This document shows, piece by piece, positions 39,101 to 50,161 of a DNA stretch of 64,000 nucleotides. The stretch is from Tubulanus polymorphus. Lineage: Eukaryota > Animalia > Nemertea. The DNA lies in the NCBI RefSeq assembly GCF_964204645.1, contig NC_134029.1, forward strand, positions 11,620,850 through 11,684,849, written 5' to 3'. Below the pieces are notes generated by a model. That model made no database searches, was not told the origin of the DNA, and was given only the letters and a program-made list of their open reading frames with translations. Position numbers and translations under genes: made by a program. Positions within the stretch are counted from its first letter, which is position 1. Every line of letters begins with the position of its first letter.

Positions 39101-42100
39101 TAAATACGAAACACTTCCCTGATTACAATAACACCGTTGCCATTTTTAACAGAGCGGAAACAACCAAATTATGACGGAGCTTCCCGATCTCGCTGGTTAT
39201 CGCTTATCAGGGCGTTACGTAACAAAGTGCTCGCCAACGAACCGCTATCGGCATTAGGGCAATTACAACGCACATTCAACAAGAGCAGTACAATAGCGTC
39301 CGTATTCCATCTCATCACACTTCCCTGATATCAACCCTTCTTTTTCCCATCTTTCACAGTGATTGCACAATCGTACAAGTTGTAATCGGGCATCACTCCC
39401 TTTAATCTGTGTCTTTCCTGCTAATAACTGGTCGTGGAGACATTTCATTTTTCGTTTGATTTCCTGGTTTTCTATATGTTCCGGTAGTTCTTCCATGATT
39501 AACTTGGACATATTTGCGATATCATGTAGAGTTTCGATTTCGATGATTTCGTAATCATTGGAATTTAAATCATCCAGGGAAGCAGTTGGTGAATTGAACA
39601 GGACACTTGGGACTCGCTTTACGCCGGAAAGTTCTTCGGATAGTGCTTGCTGTAAGTCGGCTTTCAATTTAAGCTCCGAAATATCAATTTTACGGGCTAA
39701 AAGTTCTCCTCTGATGTCATCGACCTTTAAGTTGCTAAAGGGTTCTATTTTGTTAGCATATTTCTTTCACATAATTCCTTTTGTAACAATGTTTTGTTTT
39801 TCCGCAATTGATCGATGACATTTACTGAAAGAGTGCGCAAGATTTTCATGCAAATTGGCATTCGCGCCACAGTGGCACTGATAGTGACCGCCGGAATTAT
39901 TTCCAGCTTCGAATGCGCGTGCCGGTCCATCACCACTAAAATATCGCATCACGTCATAATACGGTGTACCTTGACTCGATATAACAGGTTACCCAAGAGA
40001 TTTCAAGTCTTCTAATCTTGTATCCATATATATCAATTGGTCTGCCTCGCTAGCTCCAGATCGGCCGATTATATATATCTCGGGTATTTCGACGACTTTT
40101 TGGATATTGATAGATCTTCTTTTTGGATATTTAATACGATATTCTTCATCCGTCAAATAAACAGCGCGATCATATATAAACTGAATCATAACCATGAAAT
40201 GTGAATGTCCAGCAATACTACTGTGGTCATGCCAAAGTTTCATGTGTCGGGTCCGATGGAAATCGCGAACACAGTGACGAAGAGAATAGACACAGCAATT
40301 TGCGCTTCGAGATTCACCGATTGTACTTAGATATGATTTCAATTCTTGGTTGGACATATTTTCGTCAAAGTCCCGCAGAATTCCTAATTTCTCGTGACGG
40401 TCTAGTGCATCCTGTCGAATATTTTCTAGCGCCCTTTTTCGACCATACACAATTACTTTCTGTATTTGGAGTTCTCCATTCGAATTGATTATTTCTTTTT
40501 CGAATTCCTTCGGTGCTACAAGTTCACCCAGATTGATTTCCCCACTTTAAATTTTTCCTTTTATTTCGTTTGATAGTTCCTTTGCGCTGCGCTCACATGG
40601 TAAGGTGATGTGACCATAAAGACGCTTTTTGCAGCGTCTCACACGCTTTGGGATATCTTCCTGATATCACAACATTAGTATTGAATTTGTCGACATTTAT
40701 TCCTTGCAATTTCGCATATTCCTTTAAGATCTGACCACCCTTTTTACTTATTTTACCATCGTTTCCAGTAACATTATATTTTCTTGCCATCTCCGACCAG
40801 TTTATATGTGTATTTTCCTCCAATGTACGTATTTCAGACAGAAAATCTGTTCTTTCAAAATTGTAGGCGTCGAGACAACCAACCGGATTCTTTTTTGCTT
40901 GAGTACCGCTTCCCTCGGAGATTATACTTTGAGCAACACGATTTGCTGCAGTGGACATTTTCTCAAAATATGTTGCCTTAACACGACGGTCATGGTGAGC
41001 GAAAGAATCTCCGATTGCTAATAATCGATTGTCGTCATCTTTAATTAACTGGTCACGTATTCTCCTTCTAGCGTTTTTCATTGTTTCATTAGTGGAGTTT
41101 GATTTCTGATAAACCGCCTGTAAATAAATGGAATTCGAATATTGATTAACATACAGTTTGAAATGTAAAGATTATAAATCCGATACATATCTTTCAATTC
41201 ATATCGTCTCATCATGATAAGGTGTAATAGAACCGAACAGTTTCAATACATGAACTCTTCTGTGATATCGAGGAGTGTTGCAATTAAGATTATACATGTA
41301 TGCAGAACTCCAAACTTTGCAATGCATTGCCCGATTATTTAGAAGTGAGCGCTGTAGAGTGTATAAATTTCATTTTATCAGCCCATAGTGAACAAAATGG
41401 ACTTTCCCGCCGGAAATAAGTTAAAAAGAAAGATGTAGCCTTTAAGTGAAAACTATTAGCACTCGGGAGTCTACTTGAACTAAAGCGACTGCGGTTGATA
41501 ATAGGATTAACGTGCTGTATAATAAACATTATTGCAGCAATTCTGAAATTCGGGTGCGTATTTTTTCTACTAACGAAATAGGCGTTGCACCAGCCCAGGC
41601 ATATATACCTATCAGAATGCAAAAACTGCAATGCAATAGACAACAATTTGTTAGTTGGTTTTGTTTACGGTATATATAACTCTGTAAAATGGATATAAAC
41701 AATTAAATATTAGATATTGGAGAAATAGAATTACCTTGATAGCATCTTCAATTGGCTCTTCATACGATTTCTCAAAAATGGGCTTTACTGATTCGATGAT
41801 TCTTTTTGCAGCCTTTCTTGCGGCCGTTTTCTGTTTGTTACGGGGCGGTTTCGCATTGGTAATTTCTTTGAGAACCTCTCTACACACAGTGGAAGCAGAT
41901 GATAGTCCTTTGTCTTTTTTGCTGACATGGAGACAACTAATATGACCGTCACGAGACTTGCAAGTAATACATCCCTTAAGAGTATGGGATTCTTTCATAT
42001 TTTGCGGAAGCTTGACCCAGCATTCATGAGAGAAATACTGTAGAAATTCTTCTTTTTCACCGTTTTGATTTTTATGAAGCCAGTACTGTCTGTCCTTGAG

Positions 42101-42313
42101 CACAAGTTCGATCCGTTTTATTTCTCTCGCAAAAGTATTAGAATCCTTGAATTTCAAATTTCGTAAATCTTTCGTGATATTGTTATATAGATTGTATCTT
42201 TCACCGGCTGTCAAATGCGAGTTATGACGAGGTTTTGACTCACGTGAATGGAGAAAATGTTTGTCTTTTGTCACTCTAGCTGCTAAAACTTTGACAAAAT
42301 TACAGTAATCCAT
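36150..42313 (-). pseudogene. RAG1/Transib-like DDE transposase with SAP-like insert; intron-containing, with a few stops and frameshifts
   Basis: Exon 42313-41735, GT-AG intron 41734-41118, then a continuous frame apart from lesions; WHDHS (D at 40226-40228), FSGDGPARAFEAGNNSGGHYQCHC (D at 39929-39931), ETLHD, YFHSITAH, LAENEER; 3' end approximate. Confidence 0.78.
37533..39327. mobile_element. Non-autonomous hAT element (1795 bp)
   Basis: 26-bp perfect TIR CAGGGAAGTGTGATGAGATGGAATAC; 8-bp TSD ATATCAAC (37525-37532 and 39328-39335); removal restores the frame EKEGLISTDILR. Confidence 0.95.
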
Positions 42314-43451
42314 GATCGAGCATGTACCATGTTTTCAACGCAAAGCCTAAGTCAGAGAACATTAAATCTAAAAACACATTTGTTTGTGGTTTATGTTAGT
42401 TGTATTTCCCGCCAAATAGCTGTTGCCGACCAACTCGCAACAGTTTCAATTTTCCCTGGTTTTTAATTTCGGAGTTTTATATTTTGAATGGAGTTTTGTT
42501 TACAGGATATAACAAATATTTTGGACAAATACAAATAGTTACATCAATATTATTAAGTGAAAATATTCTAAAGATCTGTAGAAGGATAAAAATGGCTAAT
42601 TCGTAAACAAAATCCATTCCTGTATCTCATTGCCGTTCAATCACAGCGCTTATAATTTCTAAGAAATCTCATATATTATTAATTTACTTATGCAAGATAC
42701 TGTAAATAATTCCTTTAATGCGTAGTAGTTGTATCAAATTTAAAGTTGTAGGTAATACAACAAATATAATTGTCTTGTGAACTTTTATTCTGTCTGAACT
42801 ATACGCATCACATGTGTACAGCAAGCGCTATGTGTATAGTGATTGACGTCATCCTTCCTAGCAGTGTTACACTGCTGTACTATTTTTAGCATATGTCACA
42901 AATCTTTTACTGAAACCTAAAATCTACGCCCACCATTAATGATATGAATAAACATATAACGGAAAACGATGGCTAACATATCAACCTAATACCAGAGTAT
43001 ATGGTCATCTTCAAGTAGTTACTCCATTTTACAAAAATGTGTATACATGATATAGGTCAGTCGGTTTTTGGTACCCAAAAATCGTAAAAGTTGACCTAGC
43101 AGACCAAATAGACAGACCCAAGCTATAACCATGTACTTTTCAGTTAGATACTAACCTATAGTAAGCCATGTTAATATTCATGTATGTAAGTTTTTAGTGG
43201 TGGGCGTGGATTTTATCGATTCTATTCGGATTTATAGGTAAAGTAATTAGCAAATTACGGGAAAAGTACTGGGCCAATCCGAAATTTTATTTCACAGTTC
43301 TCTTCAGCACATGTTGACCTTTCATATTGGCACTGGTTTTTTAAACAAATGATAATTCATAGTAGAAAAAATTTAACATTAATCTCCCTGGAATAACAAC
43401 ACATCGAATGGGCTGTACTGCAGCGTGCAGCATTAACTGATTTGTGTAGTG

Positions 43452-45345
43452 GACTGGGCCTGAAATGAATCGGGATTTCTGTCGCATCTAAAATAACCCT
43501 TGTAGGAAATCGTTTCCCAAAATTGACAGGCATATACAAATCTATTAGGTCTTTATCGGGCCAAGAATTTATTTCACTCAGCTGGAAATATATGAAAATT
43601 ATCCAGACATTAACAACATTTGACACTAGACTTTCACTGATATTGAAGAACATAGCCAGTTCATTGTCATCTTTTGCCTGACGCAAGTTTATACAAGTGA
43701 GAAAAAATTTATCTTCTGGTCCGAGTGGAGTGGACCTCTCCTGCAACTGGTAAGCTGCGGGACCGAGCAAGTTAAAGACATACATAAAATGTTCGTAATC
43801 ATCAAATCCTGTATAGTAATGGACGGCATCCTTATTGTCTTTGAAATGATGAATAGAGAATCTTGTCTTGAATTTCTTCATTAAAGTACACTGAATACTA
43901 CAGTCCATAGTTGTAGGGTCGGAATCCGGTGGTACTTCAGGTGTAGGCTCGGTGGTGACGACAGTTTCTTCGTGTTGGATAACAGACAAGTCAGGGAATG
44001 TTATTTTTCTTTGTTTGGCTGCCCTCTCTTCTCTAGCAATTTTTTCGGCACTTTCTGAATTCTTTTTGAAGACAAATATAGATGGTACAGCATCAGGTTT
44101 TAGTATTTTCTTTGCTCCTGAAAATATAAATGAGAGTACATCATAATGCGATATCAATAAATTAGGCCTACTGCGTAACTCAAGGAAGGTAGCCCATACT
44201 AAGGCCACACCAAAAGAAAACCCTGTTGCTCGGGCCCGACCGACCCGATATTTCGTCATTTCAAATAATTTTTTTCGAAATAAAATAAAATTGCCTACCG
44301 ACCCTATTTCAAAATTGTGGACGAAATAACCATTTTCAAAAATATATATTTGGCCGACCGACTACAAAGCTCTCCATTCTCGTAAATATTTTTTTCTTTT
44401 TCGTGAAATCGTGATGTCGGCACCGAGAGGACATGATAGAAATATCTTATTACATCGGATTTAACAATTTTATTCTGGATATGGTACTTGTGTGCTCAGA
44501 CAACGTTGCTAATCAGATATTGATGGCGACCTTGGATTGTAAAATTCCAGGAATTCCGTATACAATATATTATACGCCTATTCAAGATTTTGATGTTTTT
44601 CTTTTTATAAACAGTTTCCAAGTGTGAAATATAATAAAAAAACATCAACTTCCCTTTATCATTGTGGTCGTCTAGCTGCTAATCATTTTTTTAACTGGAA
44701 ATTTGGTCCCGTAAAAAAATTATTTACGGCGACCTACCCACTGTCAGAAGAATACCCGAAATTTTTTTTTTCTATAAGAAAAAAAATTCCCTACCGACCT
44801 ACCCATTTTGGTGATTGCCCCGCCCGAGAAACAGGATTTTTTTTGGTGTGGCCTAACTTATTTTTTTCTCATAATGGCAAATTAATAAATTTCATTGGCA
44901 TAATAATTACTATAGGCTTATTTTTACAAATATCATAACAAAGACATAGACATTACATTCACAGCACTTAATGCAGGGAGTATTTGAAAATTGCTGCTCC
45001 CTTCTTACTTACTTGTCAAGATTAAGCTGTAGACCTATATATCAGGCTGTCTCAACCAGCGATAGATTCAAAACATTGGTAAATTGGTTACAGCACATGT
45101 ATGGTTTATTCAATTCCCTAATTTTCATTTACAACACTCACCTAACAAGCCAGGTTCCCTATAATCAGATGCGTTGAAATGGTCGTGACACACAACACTG
45201 TATTTACCAGGCTGCCAGAGTTTTTTTTGTCTCCATCCAGTCTTTTGATTGCTATACGCCACTTCATACACAATTGACGATCCGATGGGAATTTATGCCC
45301 TCCTTTGTGGTTATTACAATTCGGTACAACACAAAAGAGCGGCAT
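43452..45345 (-). pseudogene. ISL2EU transposase N-terminal part: THAP finger, HTH and first catalytic D
   Basis: Exon 45345-45142 MPLFCVVPNC..HKFP...W...VCHDHF (one frameshift); exon from 44117 KKILKPDAVPSIF...HYYTGF...LAMFFNISESLVS...RVILDATEIPI. Confidence 0.9.
44203..44853. mobile_element. MITE with TAA TSD (Zator- or Harbinger-like) in the ISL2EU transposase intron
   Basis: TAA|GGCCACACCAAAA...TTTTGGTGTGGCC|TAA; TIR of about 30 bp; ccgacc subterminal motifs. Confidence 0.9.
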
Positions 45346-45830
45346 TATGTCAATGACATGAACCCGGAAGTAAAACGATGAATACTTCAGTCACCTCTCG
45401 TTACACACGCCATCTGGCGTTCAACTATATGGCGAACCTCATTACTAGAAATTTTTAGCATTAGCATATTTTACTTGTCTTTGTAACGAATACGGTTGCG
45501 ATCGTAGTGTGATTCATTCAACTCGCTACCCGCTACCTAGACTGGTTACCTAGTTACCTGGTTTCTATTGACTTGGACAGGCAATCATTCTACTTGCTAT
45601 CCATTATGGTTTATGTTAGTATGTTATATTTCATTTCTCTGTATTTTTTTTTTCTTAATCCTATTATTGTTATTGTTATATTTTTATGTAATGCTGATGT
45701 GTTTATGTAACGTAAAGTGTCAATAAATAAAATTGGTGGTTTCTGTTTTGGACCGCTACCTAGACTGGTTACCGGTTTCTTTTGACTTGGACAGGCAACC
45801 AGTCTACTCGCTATCCATTATGGTTTATGT

Positions 45831-46157
45831 CATCCTCGCTTGCCAGGGGTTTGGTATCACTCCCGAACTCGCTTCCACCAGCCCCCTGGCCTCATGAAGC
45901 GTGATTTCATTACTGGCGCTGTTGCGCATGACGTCATATTTCGATTTGCGAAATTCCTTCCTTGTTTAGTAAAACGTTCGTTGATTGGTCCATTAAACGG
46001 GAAAACCAATAGAAGCCTAAAGTCGTTTGTTACAAGCGCTGTGATTGGTACGACCTGATTGTGGTCGGCTAGTAACGACTTCAACGACTCGTTAGGTCAA
46101 GGGGTTCGGCGAACAGCTTTAGCGTAGCGGGTTCAAATCCCTTGATGGGTGAAGTTG
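45831..46157. mobile_element. 327-bp insertion with 9-bp TSD GGTTTATGT
   Basis: TSD at 45822-45830 and 46158-46166; empty-site paralog at about 45600-45626; CA...TG ends with a weak TIR. Confidence 0.75.
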
Positions 46158-46191
46158 GGTTTATGTTAGTATGTTTCATTTCTCTGTATCT

Positions 46192-47476
46192 TTTTTTAGC
46201 CGACTTGGGACTTTAGTCCCAGGGGGCTATTACGTTCACTTTTCGTCCGTCGTCCGTCCGTCCGTCCGTCTGTCCGTCCGTAGACGGAATCCAGTTATTT
46301 TGGGAAGTTTTGAAGACGCTTCAAGGTTATGTCTTGATATTTGAGTTACACATGTATCTACCCTAGACACATCTTCAGCCCAAAAACTGGCCCTGTCAGA
46401 TTCAAGATGGCCGACTGGCAGCCATTGTTGTTCGCCAAAATCAGCACTTTTTACACATTTTTGAACTTTTTGAGGGAAATTTTGAAGACGCTTTGATCAA
46501 TTACCTTGATCTTTCGGGTATATGTGAATTCCCCCAGGGCCCATCAGCATAAAAAAAAATTGGGTCGATCGGATTCAAGATGGCCGTCATATGACCTTTT
46601 TAGTGCCCAAAAACGTTAATTTTGGCCCAAATTCTGAATCCTGTAGCTTCCTACTGGTTTATCATTTCTCATTGCAATTTGTGATGGGTATTCTTTGGAA
46701 AGGGATGTTTTATACCTCAGACAGGTATTTTTCATCAGCCAATTATGACGCAATTGGCGGCCATCTTGGTGTCAGCAGTACTCATTCGTAAGTGGGAAAA
46801 AGTTTTTCCACATTATATTGATACCTAAGCGTATTTTGTTACCACAATCATTTAGAAAGTTGCAGCTCATAACGTGTTCTATGATTGTGGTGAGTTTCGA
46901 GGTCATTGGTTTTTGTATATGGCCACCAGGGGGCGTTGAATAATGCAATATCTTAGTATTTCTATATTATATTCGTATCAATGCATATTTTGTAACCACA
47001 ATCAATTGGAAAGTTGTAGCTCATGACATCATCTATGATTGTGGCAAGTTTTAAGGCCATTAGTTATTCTATATGGTCACCAGGGGCCGTTGAATAGTAG
47101 AATAACTTAGTATTTCCTTATTATATTGGTACCTAGGCATATTTTGTTACCATGATCAATTACAAAGTTATATTTCGTGACATGTCTTATGATTGTGGTG
47201 AATTTCAAGGTCATTGGGTTTTGAATATGGTCACCAGGGGGCGTTGAATAGTAGAATAACTTAGTATTTCCTTATTTAAGTGGTAACGAGGCATATTTTG
47301 TTATCACAATCAATTACAAAATCGTAGCTGCTGACATGTTCTATGATTGTGGTGAGTTTCAAGGTCATTGGATTCTGTATATGGTCACCAGGGGGCGTTG
47401 AATATTGAAATTGTTAGATTGTTGAGCATTTGGAACCACTTCCCATGTGGGCATGGTGTCCCTGGACCCCTAGTTT
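46192..47476 (+). mobile_element. HINE family A full-length copy
   Basis: Starts in a T-run; 5' hairpin tgggact-tt-agtccca, (gtcc)n microsatellite, about four 140-bp tandem units, 3' hairpin and ctagttt; at least eight related fragments in the window (1-150, 11741, 13850, 14755, 19927, 22664, 55040, 58551). Confidence 0.88.
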
Positions 47477-48383
47477 CGTAATCTTATTATTGTTATTGTT
47501 ATATTGGTTTATATTGCTGATGTGTTTATGTAACGTAAAGTGTCAATAAATGAAATTGGTGGTTTCTGTTTTGGACGGTTTCGGTTGGAAATTAGCTTGA
47601 AATATTTTAATCATGGCGGACGCGAGTGAGGAACAGTTTGATGAAATATCATTCGGGAATAATTCATCGGCAACAGAGTCAAATGACGATGAACCGCCTG
47701 AAACAAAAATCTGCTCAGGTATTCAAACATTTTCCTCGTCGTTTACTACCGAGTACTCGTTCATCAAAAGGTCTCAAAAGAGTTGACTTTATTCCTCGTG
47801 GAACACAACATTCCACTATCAGCAAGCGATCATGCTGGTAGATTATTCCGTGCAATGTACAAAGGGAACCCCAGAGGGGCTTCGGGGTCATGTTACTCTT
47901 AAGGGTGTCAGTGTTACTCTTTTAAAAGTTAATTGTTAGGATTTGGTAAGTAGTCAGGTTGGCAGGTCTGTATTTGAAGGAATTTTTACATTGCGTAGTT
48001 TATCTGATACCCATGTAGATGGTGCTGATGGTGACTCAATAGGGTCTACACGCTGTATTCCCACCAGCGCAAACTCCTAGCTACATAAATTTCAGTGTTT
48101 ATAAAAAAATAACATTTTGTACTGGTATATGGGTTAGTGGACTATTGAATGAGATCATAATTAGCATTTTGACTAATTGAGCGCTACTTGGTCTTTAATC
48201 AGGTCTTACCAAGAAAATGTTGGTGGTTTCCTACATTTGTATTCATATACACTAGGTTCAAATAGGTTCTAGGTTTCATAGATCAGTGATTGTAGATTGT
48301 TTTTAACCTTCTCACCAAATACTGTAGTTGATCTGCCTGTTCACTATTTCATCAATATTTTTTTGTGTATATTGCCGTTGCAG

Positions 48384-48831
48384 TATGCTGAAGAAGAAGG
48401 AATCCCAGTTCAGACTCATGAAATTTCAGATATTGAGGATACAACAGCGGATACTGACTTGAATATAGATCAAAGACAAAAGAAAAAACATCATAAAAAG
48501 CATCATCGTCGTCATCGAAATCATAGAAACATCGACATAGAACCAACAACAAAAACTAGTTCACATGAAACATTAATTTCACCAAAAGCTGAAAATAAAG
48601 CTGGCAATAATTTAACAGAGGCACATTATCGTGAGGCCAGGCATTGTGGGAGTAAACTAAAGCGAAAGAGAAAGGATAAGAACATCTCGGAACATGATTG
48701 TGGTCCAGTTGAGATAACATTGTGCTATGAAGCTGAGAGTCCCGATGAACTGGCACTCGTAAAGGCTGCGTATCGTTATGGCTGCCGTCTTCTGAGACGT
48801 GGTGTCAACTCAGTTACAGTTTGGTTTCCTT
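48384..48831 (+). CDS. P4-ATPase exon (N-domain insert and YEAESPDE)
   Basis: ttgcag|TAT...; YEAESPDELALVKAAYRYG; donor gtgagt. Confidence 0.93.
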
Positions 48832-49104
48832 GTGAGTTAGTCTATTGTTGTAGGTTTTGTGCTTACCTACTATGTACTTCTTAAATTCATCTGTCAGTTG
48901 AGACCATTGAATTAATGATTTACAGAAAGGTTGCAAATAGAAAAATGGTAACTGGTAATTTTATGAACACGTTAGTCCATAGACATGAAATTTCTTTCAA
49001 TTAACTTCTAGTTTTAATCATGGAACAACAGTTAAGATCACAATTAGCCAGGGGTTTGGTACATTGATTTTAAATTTCTGTTGAATAATCCTATATAATT
49101 TCAG

Positions 49105-49358
49105 CTGAAGGTGAAGTGACGTTTAAAGTTTTGAAAGTGTTACCATTCGATGCAGAGAGGAAAAGAATGTCTGTTGTCATACAATATCCAAACTGCGAGA
49201 ATGTGATTGTATATACAAAGGGTGCTGATTCATCCATATTGTCAAATCTAGCTGATGTTAGCGGTAATCTAGAAGAAGAAGCCCTAATTAAACAAACTGA
49301 ATTGAGTATTGAACTTTCAGCAAACCAAGGGTTGCGAACTTTATGTATGGCGAAAAAG
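49105..49358 (+). CDS. P4-ATPase exon (N-domain)
   Basis: LPFDAERKRMSVVI...YTKGADSSI...GLRTLCMAKK. Confidence 0.96.
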
Positions 49359-49446
49359 GTTTGTATGAAATTTATTGTAAACGTTAATGTTCATAGCCAG
49401 TTTGAATATTACATTATACAGCAAATGATTCATTACTGTTATTTAG

Positions 49447-49576
49447 ACCCTCACTCTGCTGGAATATGAAGCCTGGTTGAACATGTATGAACAAGCTGAC
49501 CTTATGACATATGATCGAAAGGACAAAGCCTTATTCCATGCAGTTTGTCAGCTGGAAACTGACCTGGAACTTCTCG
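49447..49576 (+). CDS. P4-ATPase exon
   Basis: ttag|ACC CTC...; EYEAWLNMYEQA...QLETDLELLG. Confidence 0.9.
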
Positions 49577-50021
49577 GTATAACCATAATTAGAATCCTAA
49601 GACCCTTATAGAAAAATAGCTACAGTTGAATCCAGTGTTCTCCACGGCCGTTAGCTTGGCCACACTGATGTAGTACCTTATCAAATGCTTTTTCGAAATC
49701 CATAAAGACAGAGGCCTATCAGTCGATTTTCCAGAGTCAAAGTATCTGGTCATCCATGGTGTCCTAGGCCGTATTGACTGTTTGTAGACCTTCCTTTTAT
49801 AAGGAACATCATTTTCAATTGCCTGGTGCAGCTGTGTCAGTATACACGCGATCTTGGTTGACAAGAACAAGAATACCAACAGGCAATTTCTCAAGAAGGA
49901 TTATTTGTGATGATGTATTTATGTAACATTATCGATAAAAACAAAAGCTATCATAATTACAACATTTAGGCTAGGCCAATCGATGGCCTCAATGGATATA
50001 AGAACTGATTTCTTAATTGCA

Positions 50022-50161
50022 GGGGCCAGTTGCATAGTCATGATTAAGACTTTAGACCAGTCTAAGACCAACTTAGTACTGTAGTCAATTTAACAACTTA
50101 AAACCAGTCTTATGATTTAAGACCACTTATGGACTTAATTCATGACTTAGCAACAGGCCCC
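50022..50161. mobile_element. Small (about 140 bp) MITE
   Basis: ggggccagttgc ... gcaacaggcccc imperfect TIR; internal taagac repeats. Confidence 0.6.

Larger units (their letters stand above)
35799..43451 (-). mobile_element. CACTA-ended DNA transposon (CMC/Transib-related) inserted in the ISL2EU transposase
   Basis: Right end read on the minus strand CACTACACAAATCAGTTAATGCT; left end TACACAAATCAGTTAATGCT (35799-35818), 20-bp perfect match lacking the terminal CAC; the host ORF is split exactly at these ends. Confidence 0.87.
32347..45440. mobile_element. ISL2EU-type (PIF/Harbinger-related) DNA transposon
   Basis: TIR GAGGTTCGCCAT with further shared agatggcg and gagaggtg blocks; AT dinucleotide on both sides; convergent THAP-DDE and SAP-YqaJ genes. 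Confidence 0.88.
32154..47970 (+). mobile_element. Non-autonomous hAT-like element with 6-bp TSD; outermost layer of the nest
   Basis: 13-bp perfect TIR CAGACCTGCCAAC / GTTGGCAGGTCTG; TATTTG at 32148-32153 and 47971-47976; (g)ttacga subterminal repeats; short ORF remnant at 47613-47786. Confidence 0.8.

Noticed and set aside
46820-47410. Regular repeats of about 140 bp (also 22880-23430) that could be read as a CRISPR-like array
   Set aside because: Whole units are repeated with no unique spacers, in a eukaryotic context; they are the internal tandem units of HINE family A.
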